A DNA stretch of 63,676 nucleotides, counting the filler. It is 5 parts of 5 records of this genome, joined end to end, with 100 filler letters (N's around TTAATTAATTAA, not from the genome) between each part and the next. Parts side by side here need not be neighbours in the genome. Positions count along the whole stretch, not along the records: positions 32,854 to 46,241 come from DRR378314_1907; positions 46,342 to 58,139 come from DRR378314_1910; 3 more parts are not named here. The stretch is one strand, 5' to 3'. The notes under the pieces are model-generated. The model made no database searches, had not been told where the DNA came from, and saw nothing but the letters and a program-made list of their open reading frames with translations. The first letter of the stretch is position 1, and every line of letters starts with the position of its first letter. A program made the translations under genes and the position numbers. This document shows, piece by piece, positions 36,932 through 50,015 of this stretch.

Positions 36932-37934
36932 AATTACACGCGCATTGTCGATACGGAGGTCTTTGTGGCCGCCTCCCATGTCTAGATCTTTCTGCTGGCA
37001 TTTTCGAGGGGCTGCACAAGCACGCTTGCGAATTTTCGCCCGGAATAGCGGCAGTGTTTCATCCTCTGGGCAATGTTGCCCTTGCTTAATACATTACATT
37101 TCAGCATTGGTCTCTTTCCGTGATCGCCTGTTGTCCTGGGTTTTGAATGATGTTTCGAGTATACCCGCTGTGTACTGTGTCACAGTATGCCGTGCGCGCC
37201 GAACTTGTACAACAGTGGTGTGAAAGGGGGAGAAAGGAAATAGCGCGCGCTCGGCAGCCGACGCAGGGTCATTCATAGACACTCTGCTTGAACAAGGTAC
37301 AAGAAAATATGAGGAATTGTGGTATCCATAGCACAAGAACGACGGCGTACCGAAGTATGCGAGCCCATGTGCGCCAGAGCGGTAGCAAGTACGCTAGCAC
37401 TGCCCTCGTCCCAGCTGCGCCTGCCGCACGAGCCTCGCGTGCGTTTCCCGGGCGTAGTTGCGACCAAAGCCGAACGCAACAGCTGATCGCCTTTGCCCGC
37501 CACCACCGAGACGCGCACGGTCAATTTTATTGCAGGCATATATCCATAAGATAAATCAGCTCCAATGTGTTTAAGGTGCAGATGCGGGATATGCAGTGCA
37601 AGATGAGAGCTCGCCAACAGCTGCGCGGCTGCGCCGTGCGCTGGGACTGTACAACGGAGATACATTTCCAAAGGGGCCCGAACGAGAGCTTTCGCTCCTG
37701 GTTGCTGCCAACGCTGGGACGCAGACCCAGCCACGGTCGCGCCAGGCAGAGAGCAATCTCTCCATCAGCAAGAAGCCGAACGTGGTGCGCTGCTAGGCCT
37801 CTACAGGAGTGAGCCGAGTGCGAGCCTCGCGGCGGATACGTGATTTCTCTGTGTGCGCGTTGCTACTCTATCGCGGAGCAACCTGATAGTGTCGAGGCAC
37901 GGAGGCAGCGCGAGCGGTTGTGGAAGTGGGCGGC

Positions 37935-40900
37935 ATGGCCCACGAGCGCGCGCCTGCTGAGGTGGCTCCTGTCCACACGGAGTCAGATCCAACTACCAGC
38001 GATGTATCGCTAGCGGACAGACCGCAGGTGCGCGTGAGCTTGCGCGCGCGCAGCCGAACGAGCGTGCGCCGAAGCGTTCGCAAGCGCGCACCTTTGGCGG
38101 TTGCCCGCACACGGGGCATTATGCTATGCGAGCTTGCAAGCTGAGCTTTGCGCAAGTGACGCTTTTCTAATTCTTCGCGTGTTGTTTTGTGCTTTCCTCG
38201 GACGACACGGGCGCGGCGCGCTTATTCGTCGTCGCTCCTTTTTGTTCATGCCCTTTGCTGTGCGTTCGTGCAGCTGCGCAAGGGCCGCTCCTTCGGCGGA
38301 CTTCCGGTGGAGATACGCGAGCGATCCATGGAGCGTGCGTTCCGTGCCTTGCGCGCGATTTCCCGCGCCTCCTATACCTTCGCTTGCGAATGAACGGAAC
38401 GCTACTGCATGTCGATAATGAAATATGTCTTGTGGAGTTGAAATGGGCCCAGGGAGAGTATATTGGCGAATGCGAATGTAGCGCCCGCGCCCAGGGAATC
38501 CGGCGCAAGCGCGCACCTGCCCGCGCGCGTGCACGAGGGGCTCAGAGTGTCAACGCGTTTCTCTCCTGTGTGCAGCGCCCAGCTCCCGCCCCTGCGGTCC
38601 CGCCCGGGGCCCTGTCCCGGCAGAACTGAAGTCTGATTGTTCATGGCCATGCAATATGTTTATGAAATTTTGTAAACTTTAGGCGTAAGGAGTCCGACAA
38701 CATCGCGAACGAGCACGCCGTTTGAGGACATTGTCGTCGCTGCGGCATACGTGAATGATGCGTTCGCGGGAAGGTACGACTCTCGCATTCAAGCGAGCGC
38801 TCTGGCAGCTCCTTTGCTTCGTCCCAGTATTTCTGCCTCTGCTGGATCTCCACAGCAACTTCTACTGCTTGGGGGAAAATGAGCCGGTATATATGCTACG
38901 GAACTGTAGCAATGCCGTGGTTGGCGACAGCTGCAGTCGTCGTTTCTCTGCGGAACGGGCAGTGCCTCGCGTTGCCTGCAGCTCCTATCTGTCGCCGCGC
39001 AGGTGCAGCACGTCCTCTCGGCATCTACCGCTTGCGTGGCGTAATGGCAGAGTGGTGGATCGTTACTCCCTGTGAAGATATATTTTGCACAAGACGCTAC
39101 GTTGCAAGTAGGCCTTTCCCGTGCCGAACCAATCTTTGGGGTTGCGTGTGTATGTGTGTGTCACGGAGTAGCTAGACGGTGCACACAAGGAACTGGTTCG
39201 CGCCACAGTCGATTCGCGTCGTGCGCAAAGTCGACCTCGTGCCCTCGCTGAGACAGCTTGGCTTGGTTTCGTGCAGATTTTCGAATGGAAGAGCCAAAAT
39301 GCTTAGCGAACCGAATTCATTCACCAGGCTCTGCTTCGATATACAAACAAGGTAAGTCACAAGGCGAACGTAACGCAAAATAAGAATACGAATATGGTTG
39401 GAGGCCGACGTCGCGCCCGTTGGCTTATCCTCGCACTGGCCTGATGCCAGCGGGAGACGGTGCGAGTTGTGCGACGAGTAGGTGTGACAGTGTGCTGAGT
39501 TCATCTCCTTTTTATTCATTGTCTCGTCGTTTGTCTCTTCGCTCTTTGTACCACAACCACAGCCTGTGCCCTTGATTTGCACACCTGGAAGGAAACTGTC
39601 GGTTGCCGCTCACGCGTGTGCTCCCTTCGTGCCGTGCGGTGCTCTGTCCAGCTCGCGCTTTGCGCACTTTTACAACCTCGTCTGTATTGCACATATGCTC
39701 ATGGTGCTTGTCGAGGTTCGTTTCGAAAGACGATTTTCGTTGGAGTGCCCTGTACGATGACGGCCCATCCAGAGGGTGCTTTTTTTATCCAGGGATTGAG
39801 GGGCATGCCGTGGCGATTTACAACGAGCAACTTCTAGTTGCCAACGCCATTGCTGTGGACTGGTGCACAGGAGCAGCGGCGATCCGCGTAATTGCCTCCG
39901 GCGGTGCGCCTGTTCTTTCCCTCGAACAGCAGGCATTTTAACTGATCTATTCTTTTGTAAATCCCACGATACGTGTGCGGAAGTCCTGTCGCCGTCTTCT
40001 ATTTTGCGCTGTTGCAGCAATGCCAACACAAGCGTTGGGCTCCACACGAGCGCTGGGGTCTGCCGTTAAGCTTGTGCGGGCGCCCTGCCTCCGCTGCCTC
40101 GCTTTGTCTCTCTGCTCCGCTCCTTTCAAAATCCAGCCGACTTGCTATCGCGATGCAAGCGTGGATGGCAACTACATGCGTCCTTTCTATGAAATTGTGT
40201 TCATTCTTGTATATGCTTCCGACATATACATGAAAGCACGATACTTCGGGTGGAAGTCGTATTTCACGAAACCTTGGCACCGGCGAATCGTTTTCGTCGT
40301 CTCTGTTGTGGTTGTCGATTTCATGGCCAATTGTGCCTTTGGGTTGCGTCTTCAGGTAAGGAATGGAATGTCGATTGATATTTGTCTTCAGTCAGGAGCG
40401 CTTTTCGCCATCGTTTGTTATCAGTGTGTGCTGCGGCAGCATATCGTGCGAATATGCACCTCGGCTCTGCGAAGATGTGCTTGAGTATTCCCGAATCGAG
40501 ACCCTTCAGTCAAGGTTTTTTTTTAAAAAAAACTAATAACGCAATGCGGCTGTTCTGCTCCAAAACTCTGCGCTAGTTTATGGAATTGATTTGCTCTGCG
40601 AAAGACAACGTGCTTGACCTGTCCCTGAGCGAGTTCAATGCCTGCGTACTTGCCCCTGTCGACTGCAGTTTGCGCGCATGCTCCGTCCAGTCATCCTTGT
40701 CATTCGGTATCGCCCTCTCCGCCGCGTGTACGAAACGATCGCCGCAATGCTGCCGCATGTATGTGAAATTCCAAGCGCATCGTACACATGCGCACCCTGT
40801 AATCGATAGCATAGTGTTGTCTGGAAACAGATACGTTGTCCGCGGTCTGCGTATGGATACGACGTGCTGACATGCTGCGGTGGTTGCACCCCCTTCTTGC

Positions 40901-43900
40901 CCTGCTTCCGGAACACTAAGAACTCGCGCTCGTTCCTCTCCGCATGACTGCTGTCGTCGAATGTATCCTTTTACCACAGCTGCGCGACATTGCGCTGGCG
41001 TTTGTGTTGTTTATCACGATATTCGCGATCATCGGCGTTCGATTGTATGAAGGTGCGATGGTGGTCGGGGCAGTGCGAAACGAGTAAATCGATGGCCTGG
41101 AACGCGCATGTCCGTGGACGGACATCGAGCGCTCCGACGCGTTGCCCGCGTGGGCGAGAACTAGGGTCGTGCTGTGCTGTGCTAACGCTAACGTTTTCGC
41201 ATACCAGAGCTACACTTGCAGAAGCAAACGAATGTGTACGGTGTTAATCGATGGTATTTGTGCCGAGAGGAAAGCTCATTACTTGTGTTTGTTGTTGCTT
41301 TCGTTGCGTGCGCCGTATTCACCGGTCGCGGCCGCTCGGCACCTGCGCAGGGGAGTACCCAGATCACAGCTTCGACGACTTTCTCCTCGCGTACCGTGCG
41401 CTATTTGTTCTTATTACGACGGAGAATTACCCAGATATTGCGTATGTTTCGTATCCCGCGTAGTCTCTCGCAAGTTATGGCGGAGACGCGAGTACATGGT
41501 TTCTTGTGTGCGTACGCTATTATTATTATTATTATTCTGCTCGCGCGCTGCTGGAAACGCTTTCGGCCATTTTTGGTCGGCCGTGCTGTGAAGTATCACC
41601 AAGGCTTCACGATTGCGGAAAAGCGGCTGAACAGACACATCGCTGAATATTTGGCGCTGTCTAGCGATGCATCAACATGACGTATGGCACACCGAGTACG
41701 ACGTTTGCTCAGAACGACGACGCTCTCGTCGTCTGCGCCGCGCGTCGCTGTGTCTGTGTGCGCTGTGCAGATACCCGGGATACGACGCGCACAATTCTTC
41801 GCTGATCTATTTCATCATATTTTTCTTATTCGGTGTGATTTTTCTCACCGGCCTCGTTCTCGCCATTGTCGTTCGCGAGTACAAAGTGTATCACCGCGTA
41901 CGTTCCCTTGCGCCTCTGCGTGCCCTTCATTGCCTATTCGCTCCATTCTCCGCTTTGCTTTTGGGTCGTATTGCAGTCGAACTCGTGTGTCTTGGCGGCT
42001 TTCGTGCGTGTGCGAAAGCTAGCTTTGCGATCACGTGGCGCGCCGACGCTGCACTCCGCAACATCCGGCGCGATACATGGAGACGTCATGCGCGCGTGTA
42101 AAGATTGCTGGCTCGCATGATCGACGTGGCTGCCGGTGTGTAGCTGTACTGCCGTGGCGTGTCCGTTGGGGCGATTTCTCCGCATTGACAGAACATCTGT
42201 TCCCGGCGTTTGCAACCTGTGGCGTTGTGGGGTTTCCGTTTGCAGTCGGTCGTCAAGAAAGAGCTGCAGAAGGAGCGCAAGGCGTTGACAAAGGCGTTCA
42301 TTCTCTTAGATCCAGAAAAGAAGATGCGCATCGAGTACAACGATTGGAAAACAATGGTACGAATACGGCGTATGTACGAGTCGAACGTCGGTGTCCTCTC
42401 GCAAGGTTTAGTGCTGTATAGCGCAGCGAAACGAGAACGATGTGCGACGAAGTATGCTGCGTCCTCCGAACATCTTGCCAAGGCACAGCAGGCGTGCAGG
42501 CGAGCCGTTGCTGCCTATGCTTGCACATACGGCAACCGCATTGTCGCGCGATGCAGCGGTACTTCGTGCGGCACCTTTGCCGTCAAATTTCCGCAAAGAG
42601 TGCACGCGATCTCTTACGCATTTTCGGCCCTTTTTCGTCGCTCCCGTGTACACCGTGTCCTATATGCCTCTTCTTGTGTAGATTAAGCTCGCCTTCCCGT
42701 CCAGCACAACGACCAGTGAGGATTTGTGGCGCGTTCGGTGGGAGACGCTTGACTCTGACAGCAACGAGTATCTGACGCTGTTTGGTGCGTTCATCGCAAC
42801 ACTGTGGTCGCTGTGCTCTTTCGCTGGTGGCGCTTTCGGAGCCGTTCGCGCCTGCCCGTGTGCTTCCCGTTGCTGGCTATGCGCCACAGCCGTATCCCGC
42901 TTTGCTGGCGTGACCGGACGTACCATCTATTACGATGCCTGCGATTGCGTGGCATGCAGAATTTTTTGAATTGAACGATGTGATGCACCTTTCGACACGC
43001 TGGTTCTATACGGAGAGGCGAAATGCGTCGCAATGGTGCCGCACCGTGAAGGAAATCGTCGAGTCCAAGTACGTACTGTTTCTTGGACGCGCAGTCCATA
43101 CCCATACGTGTGCGATCGTATTGGCGTATACCGTCTTGCACAGCATTGCAGGAATGACGATGAGCAAGCAAGGCGTGCCGATTCCATCGGTTCGCGTATT
43201 GGGAATGTGTGGGTTGCGGTTCTTTTGAGGATGCCGAAAGGCAGCTGCGTTCCAGCAATCTTTGCCCGCGACCCTGCGTCAGCGCGCAGGCGGGCTTACA
43301 TCGCTCGCTCTGCTCGTGTACACCCTTTGGTTCGGATTCAGGAGGTTTGCTCGTGGGGTATACTACCTCATTCTGTGCAACACAGTGGTGCTCGCTGCAT
43401 GTACGTTGATAGCCACGCACTTGCGTATTGAGGTGTTTGAATGCAAAGAAAAGTGCGATCTCTCAGTGTCGTCTCTCTGTGGTTCAGCGATCTTACCGTA
43501 TTGCGTGATTGTACAAGCACGCGGTGTTCCTTTCCGGGCGCAGTGCACTCTGCGTTTCTGACAGTTGTGTGAAAGGATGCGCCTCTGTAGCTCAACGTTG
43601 CGTACGGGGTGCTGCGAAGAAGGCTTCGCATGTAGCACCTGGGATCCCCTTCGTGATGATTAGTATTTTTGCACGGAGCTTCGACATCCTGGCCAGCCTT
43701 GCGTCGGTGCAAACGCAATATCCGAGACAAGCTATAGGCTTTCCTTGTTGCGCACAGTATCGCTCTGAAGCTCCGGCAGGATGGTGTCGATAGACTGCGA
43801 TTGTCGGCTAAACTAGGTCGTTCTTTGCGATCCGCGTGTGCCGCGTGTATGGTTGCTTTATCGTACATACCCGCGGTACTGCGTGGCCAAGTGGTTGCGC

Positions 43901-46241
43901 AAACGTACTCACAGGTGAGCCGTCGTGTGAGCTAGCGATGGCACGTGGCTCTCCTGGCGCTCCCAGCGTGCGAGCGCCGCCCATGCGATTTTCAATTCAC
44001 AAACGATCGCTGCTCCCTGTCTGTGCGTTTTGCGTACTTCGGATGTTATGCAGACCATCACAATCTAAGGTACGATGGAGACGTCAGAGTGAACGCTCTC
44101 TTTCTGTTGGGTGCCGTGTGGGGACACATAGGATGCTCACTCGTCGATGTGCTGCTGCGAATGGCCAGCTGGTTCTATAAGCAATGTCGACTGGTACCGC
44201 GCGTGCCCAAGAAGGATGTGCAGTTGACTTGTTTCAGGTGGCGTTGGCCCCCCTACGCGCCAGCCTTTCGTTCGTTGTATGAATTGCTGTTGTCCGATGT
44301 TTCTGAGGCGCGCTCGTTGTTTCTCTTCTGCGTTTCCGTGCACTCGGCTCTTGTCGCCATCGTGCAGCAAGGGTGGCGACCTTGCTCTGAGGATCGTTGA
44401 TCTCCTTTTCGTCATGGCGTTCATGGCGGAGCTCGGATTGAAAATCTACGCGTACGGATTTGCCAATTTCATCAAGCAGGGCTGGAATGGGTACGGAGTA
44501 TCCCGCGCACGCAGCGCTTTGCCGTTGCTCAGACCAGCGCTGTGTGTGCGAAAGAAGCTGTGCCGTGCCTGCGTTACCCCGCGACAATTCCGGTCGGCCT
44601 TCCCGCATCGAATTCGCACCGCTATCCCTCTGCCCACCGTTTTCTGCAACTCGACGCGCAATCCGATTTATCGCTTTATAGCGAGCATGCCAATACCCTC
44701 TGGGAAAATTCGATTGTACGAGTAAGGCGGCGCGACTCCGCCGTTCGAATGTATTGCCTTCCGAGAACGCGCCAGCGTCTACTTGTTACCGTGCGATCGC
44801 GCCGAGCCAGTTGGAATTCGAGAGGCGCGCACAAAGGTGTTCTGATTCGGCCGCTGATGTCCTCGTTTCCATAATTTCTCGTTTTTTATTGTCTCTTCGC
44901 AATGCAGATTCGACTTTGTCGTAGTAGTGCCGGCGTTCTTCATTCGCATTGCATCGTTTGGTGTGTTCGCACGTTGATGCTCTGTGCTTGCGCAGTGCAC
45001 AAGGAAAAGGGAGAGCTTTCGAGCCGGACCTTTTTTGTTTTGCTTCAAACATTCCGTTTCATCGTAGTTGTTTCTTTTCTTCAGAAGGAAAGGCACTGCT
45101 TGCAGCAACACGTTGACGTCTACGCGTTATATCTTGAACCGTATTCTCGGTGCATGCGATGAACGTCGTGGTCCGGGATGAGGCCTCAGTGATACGGTGC
45201 AAAGCGACTGAACTCCATTTTCTGTCAGAGCTAGCTGCAAGATGACTCGCCGCCGATCCTCGCACGCATAACCGCCAAAGCTCTCCCCTGCATTACCTTG
45301 GGGACGGTGTGCCTTAAGATCCGTTGCGTGTTGACGTTTTGTTCCCGATTTTGCGCGGATGTTGTGTAGCTGGTAGCGATCACAGCCCGCTGCTGGAGAG
45401 CATTGCTGCGTTCCGGACGTTCCGACTATTCTCCGACAATGCCGAGTACGTTGCTGGAGGCAGCTCATCAGGGCAGTCGCCGTCTAATTGATGTGGGCTG
45501 CTGCTCCTATGTTGTCCGTTGGCTCGCCCTTGTCGGCGTGCTCTGCTGCCATGGCGCGCTTTTTCTCCCTTCAGAAAAGAAAATCCTTGCCAGAAACAGC
45601 ATGCGTCTGTTTCCGAAAGTAACTCTTCTGGTTTCGGATGCTGTGCAGTTTTATTGTGTTTTGCTTGCTGCTTGGCTTTTCTTTGTTTGCTTGGGTCATG
45701 TTGGGCTGAGACCGGCTGTGCGGGCGTTTGGACACACGCCAACGCGACGCGCGCCTCTGGACGTCGTTAGCCACGAGTCTCTTCCATTTTGTCAGATTCC
45801 CGACTTGCCCCGAATGACTTCCCATTTCGTTTTCGTGCTCCGGGCGATTTGCTGCGCGTCTTGCGTACGTCCACAGGCTCAAGATCATCTATGTCGTGTT
45901 GGCGCGCGTATTCCCCATGATGGTGGATGTGGTGGGATTCTCTGTCATGTTCATGTACATGTATGCAATCCTTGGGATGGAGCTCATGTGCGGAAAGTTT
46001 GAAGTTCCCGGGGTACGATGGAAACGCGATGCTCTCGTCCTTGCACAAGCGGGAAGGCCGCGCGCGACTCGCGAGCGCTGTTCATTGACCGGTTCGGTTC
46101 GCTGCGCGTCGCCCGTGCGCTTGTGTTGCAATCCGGTGTACAGAATGCGGAGTTCCTTGCTGCGGATCACCTCGCGACATTTTCTTCGTTTGGTGAAGCT
46201 TTTTTCTCGCTTTTCCAGATTCTGACGACTTCAAACTGGCA
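37935..46241 (+). CDS. Two-pore channel (TPC family), multi-exon, 3'-truncated by contig end
   Basis: Two 6-TM repeats. IS4 FARMLRPVILVIRYRPLRR (40669-40758), pore I LFVLITTENYPD (41401-41436), IS6 IYFIIFFLFGVIFLTGLVLAIV, linker RKALTKAFILLD with EF-hands, domain II ELGLKIYAYG..FIKQGWN|RFDFVVV and YAILGMEL, pore II LFQILTTSNW (to 46239). The start at 37935 is tentative. Confidence 0.92.
41518..41535. repeat. (TAT)6 microsatellite in TPC intron
   Basis: Six perfect TAT units. Confidence 0.8.
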
Positions 46242-46341
46242 NNNNNNNNNNNNNNNNNNNNNNNNNNNNNNNNNNNNNNNNNNNNTTAATTAATTAANNN
46301 NNNNNNNNNNNNNNNNNNNNNNNNNNNNNNNNNNNNNNNNN
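46242..46341. other. Artificial contig linker
   Basis: 44N + TTAATTAATTAA + 44N. Confidence 0.99.
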
Positions 46342-46778
46342 GCAGTGCAAGCCACCCGCACCGCGTCTGCCGGAGCGCCGGAACGCCCTCCTGCGCCTTT
46401 CGCGCGGTGCTTTCGACGCTGCGCACGCTGGCCCTCCGCCACGCGCGTTGCTTGCTGCACAGTAGAGCCGCTCCAGACGCAACGCCTACCACATCACTTG
46501 ACAGATTCTCCGCACCTATTGCTCCAAGCGCGATCAGGTTTCGCATCGCGTGTCTTGAATACTCGGCCGGTAGACGTCGCGGTCCGAGCGGCCTGCAGCG
46601 TGCGAGCGCGCCGTGCTTGCGCTCCGAGTCGCTCTCGTTGCGCAGTGCTCTCCGCGTGGCGCGAGCGAACCGCGTGCGGCCAGCCGTTACTGCGCGAACC
46701 GGTTCTCCCACTTTTTTTTCTCTCCCAAGGAACAGACAGCGGCCGCGGCGTTGCTGGCTTTTTCACAGAAGTGCAAAG

Positions 46779-49125
46779 ATGGCGGAAGAATCGTCGTGGG
46801 AGAGCGTGAAGCGCGCCAAAGGTACGCCGCTGCAACGCGCGTGCGCGCGTACGTACGTGTTGCAGACTCGCCTTCCCTCACGGATGTTTGCGCGCAAGGA
46901 CAAGCGCCTCTTTTTTTGCTGCTGTAGTTTTCTCTTACACTTCGTGTTGATCTGGAATACCACGAATCGGTGCAGTGGAGCTGAAGAACTTTTCGTCAGC
47001 CGGCAAAACAACAATCAATACCCTCAGCGAAGACGGCTCAAATGATGTTGCGCTGCTCCGCACGCCCAAGATCGGAAGGCTCGAGGAGGAGCAGAACCGC
47101 TTCAGTGCGTTCATAGCGCAGAGTTCACGATGCGCGCGCGCAGTATCCCGTGCGTATTTTTTTGTTTACGTGTAGCAATGGATATTCCAAGCCCGTGCGG
47201 AGTGCATTCCGGTGCAAGCGCCAGAGTATGGGCGCTGGTTGCCGGGAGAAGACGCGCTACTTCGACTTTCTCCTTGGTGCGGCGCACTCCATTCTCCTGT
47301 ACCCCGCCACTGCGATGCAGCTCATACATACGCATTATTGATGTCCTTGCGGTATTCAGTCAATGCAGGCGGTAAACCATTGTATCAAGCGCTGAAAGAA
47401 GCCAAGGAAAAGCAGCAGGAAGAGTGGGAAACCGCCCACAATCCGTTCTGTACGCTCCTCCGCCGCACGCTTCCCGCACCGCGCGTCCAAGCGGCCTGTC
47501 CTCACGCAGTACCACGAAAACAAGCAAAGCGTGCATTTCGAGTCAAGACAACCATGGATTATGGGTTGGAAATGCCGGTGCTTTCGCACCGCGCAGCGTC
47601 GTCACCACGGACCGCGCCTGCAAGAGCAGCGCTGGGAACCCGCTCATCGACACCTTCGCCGTAGTGTTTGGTGGCAACGGCGCGGTTTCTTCCGGTACCG
47701 CGGCCGAGTGCGGAGCCCACACCGCTCGTCTCTGACGATTACTGCATTGTGCAAAGCTTTTGCGGAAAACACGAAACCAAGAGGGTTTTTCGACAGTAAT
47801 CTGCAACGTGCTCGCTCGGTCCATCGTCTCTTCTCTCCTCCACGAAGCGCGGCTTCCCGTCTCGCGAGCGCTGCGGCTCCTGCTGACTTAAGGTCCTCAT
47901 CGCCGCTCTCTGCCTACTGCATCTCGCCCTCTCTTTGCCCCGCCCTTCGTAGTGGCGCCGAAAGGAATCGACGAGGAGGAGCTTTATTTTCTGCAGCAGG
48001 TGGAAAAAGAAAAGAAGCGCGCAACGTCGGTGCGAGATGAAGAGGTACGCGCCTTCGTCAAGCTCATGCGGTGCCGCAACCGAGGGCGCCGGCCGACGAC
48101 GCAGCTGTGTGCGCAGTCGTCTCGCGCTGCGCTTTCCGCCGCGCGGGCCGCTCTCCCTTTCCCGTGCGAGACCTGAACGTTGCGCATGTACTACCGCCTT
48201 CCCACCTTTCCTCTACTTGCTCTCCGCGGGATGCAGGAAAAGTCTGAACTGGAACGATTTCACCAGGCGCGAGCGAAACATCTGCACTCAGGACATGCGA
48301 CGGCTCACCCGGAAGACGCCTCCGCAAACCCGTACGAAACATTGGCGAATCTTAAAGTGGGTAAAAGGTACACTGACTGCTGCTTTGTCGAAAGCAATGC
48401 CAAAGCTGTACGCGTGCGACATTGGTCGCTTTGTAGTGCGCGGCGGCGACGCGCGCCCGGTTTCTTGTTGCTTTGCGCAGCACATCCTCGGCTACGACGT
48501 GACCAGATCACATGTCGGAATGATTCATGATATTTAAATGTACCTGCTCAAGTCGTGGATTTTGTTTCTAGCTGAACTCGATATTTCTGCCGCTTCCACG
48601 CGCGCGCCTCTTGCATTCCAGACGCAAGACAGATCGACAGAGTGACCTCTTGCGCAGGTTCAAACCCAAATCGCCAACGTCGCCCGACGCCGCCGAGCGA
48701 CCGAAACCTGCTGCTGAGACCCCACCATCCGGTACGGTACCACCAATACACAAGAACAGTGTAGTTGTTTTGAATGGGGTATCTCTTTCCTCCGCGCAGC
48801 AAATCCCTTGGGGGGGGAGGTCTCGTTCTTCGACCGTCAATGCCGTGATTCCCGGTCGTAGCGAATCCCTCTGTCGCTGTCCTTGAGCACACTAGTGACT
48901 GACACCGTTGCTTTCGGCACACGCAGTGGATGTATTGACGTGTTTTCCTTCGATGCATCGATGGTTGAACGAAAATACACTGTAGGTACAGCGGCTGTGG
49001 AAGATGCGAAAGAGCCGGCAAAAGACGGGGGCAAAGCAGAGGAAGAGAAGAAACCCGAGGAGTCGGGATTGTCGGCGCTCGCTGGCTACGGGAGTAGCGA
49101 CGACTCGGACGACGACCATGCGTGA
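46779..49125 (+). CDS. FAM192A/NIP30 (PSME3IP1)-like nuclear protein, multi-exon
   Basis: Pieces MAEESSWESVKRAK, ELFVS, KPLYQALKEAKEKQQEEWETAHNPF, APKGIDEEELYFLQQVEKEKK, EKSELERFHQAR and C-terminal GLSALAGYGSSDDSDDDHA* match the NIP30 N-domain pattern (LYE.L...K..KQ.E......GLDE.E..FL) and its acidic tail. Confidence 0.85.
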
Positions 49126-50015
49126 CGCGATTTTCGTCTTGAATGCACGTGGGGCGCGGTTGAATAAAGTTACCGTAGAATTGTATAACTATTTCTTGTC
49201 ACAGAACCCTGTCCTGTGTTGCAAGCGTAGCGCCATAGAGGCGGCTAGATTCGTTCGAAAGAGCGCGATTCGTCTCGCTCGCGTCTCGTTGTCCGATCGG
49301 GTACGCACACAATCGCAGCGCATCTGCTCACCGGCTGCGCTTCTATCTACTGCTGGTCACTCCGGTACAGAGAAAATGCCGCGAACGAGCACCCGTCGTG
49401 CTCTTGGGGTCAACGCAAAGCAGGAATCGCGGCGGCGAGCGCCTGCCTCGGATCCCAGCGCTTCTCTCTGCTCGGCTGGATGCCGCGCCGGGCGCTGCGA
49501 GAGCGCACGCGGACCGCCGCTCCCATCAAAGCGCTCTACATCCGTACTCACTCCCCGTTACCACCGCCGCGTATGCGTGCGCAGCACCTGTTCCAACACA
49601 AAAAGCGCACATCCTGCCAGAGAGAATTTCCTGGCGCAGAGAGACGCCGTTGCGTGGCAAGAATTCGCATCCCGTACACTCCCAGACCTTTCAGGGCTCT
49701 AGCAAAGGTACACTCTGGGAGAGAACCGCACGCAAGACAATGCCCAGCGGGACCTACCCAGCAAAGTTTGTTGGACTATGTACGCTTGTGGCATCGAAGA
49801 AGTACGGAAACGTGCAAGGAGCAACGTGATGACGCGGGAAAAAGGTACGAAACACGAGCAAATCTCCAGAGTGCGTAGCAAAGACTCCGCGCGTTACCCC
49901 GCTCTTTTATTTGCCGGTCGATCGGTCAGCTCTTGCGATCGTAACCTCGTGCAACAATGCTCGCCATTCTTTGGCTGGAAAATATATGCGCGCAATTACC
50001 ATGCACGCGTAGCGC

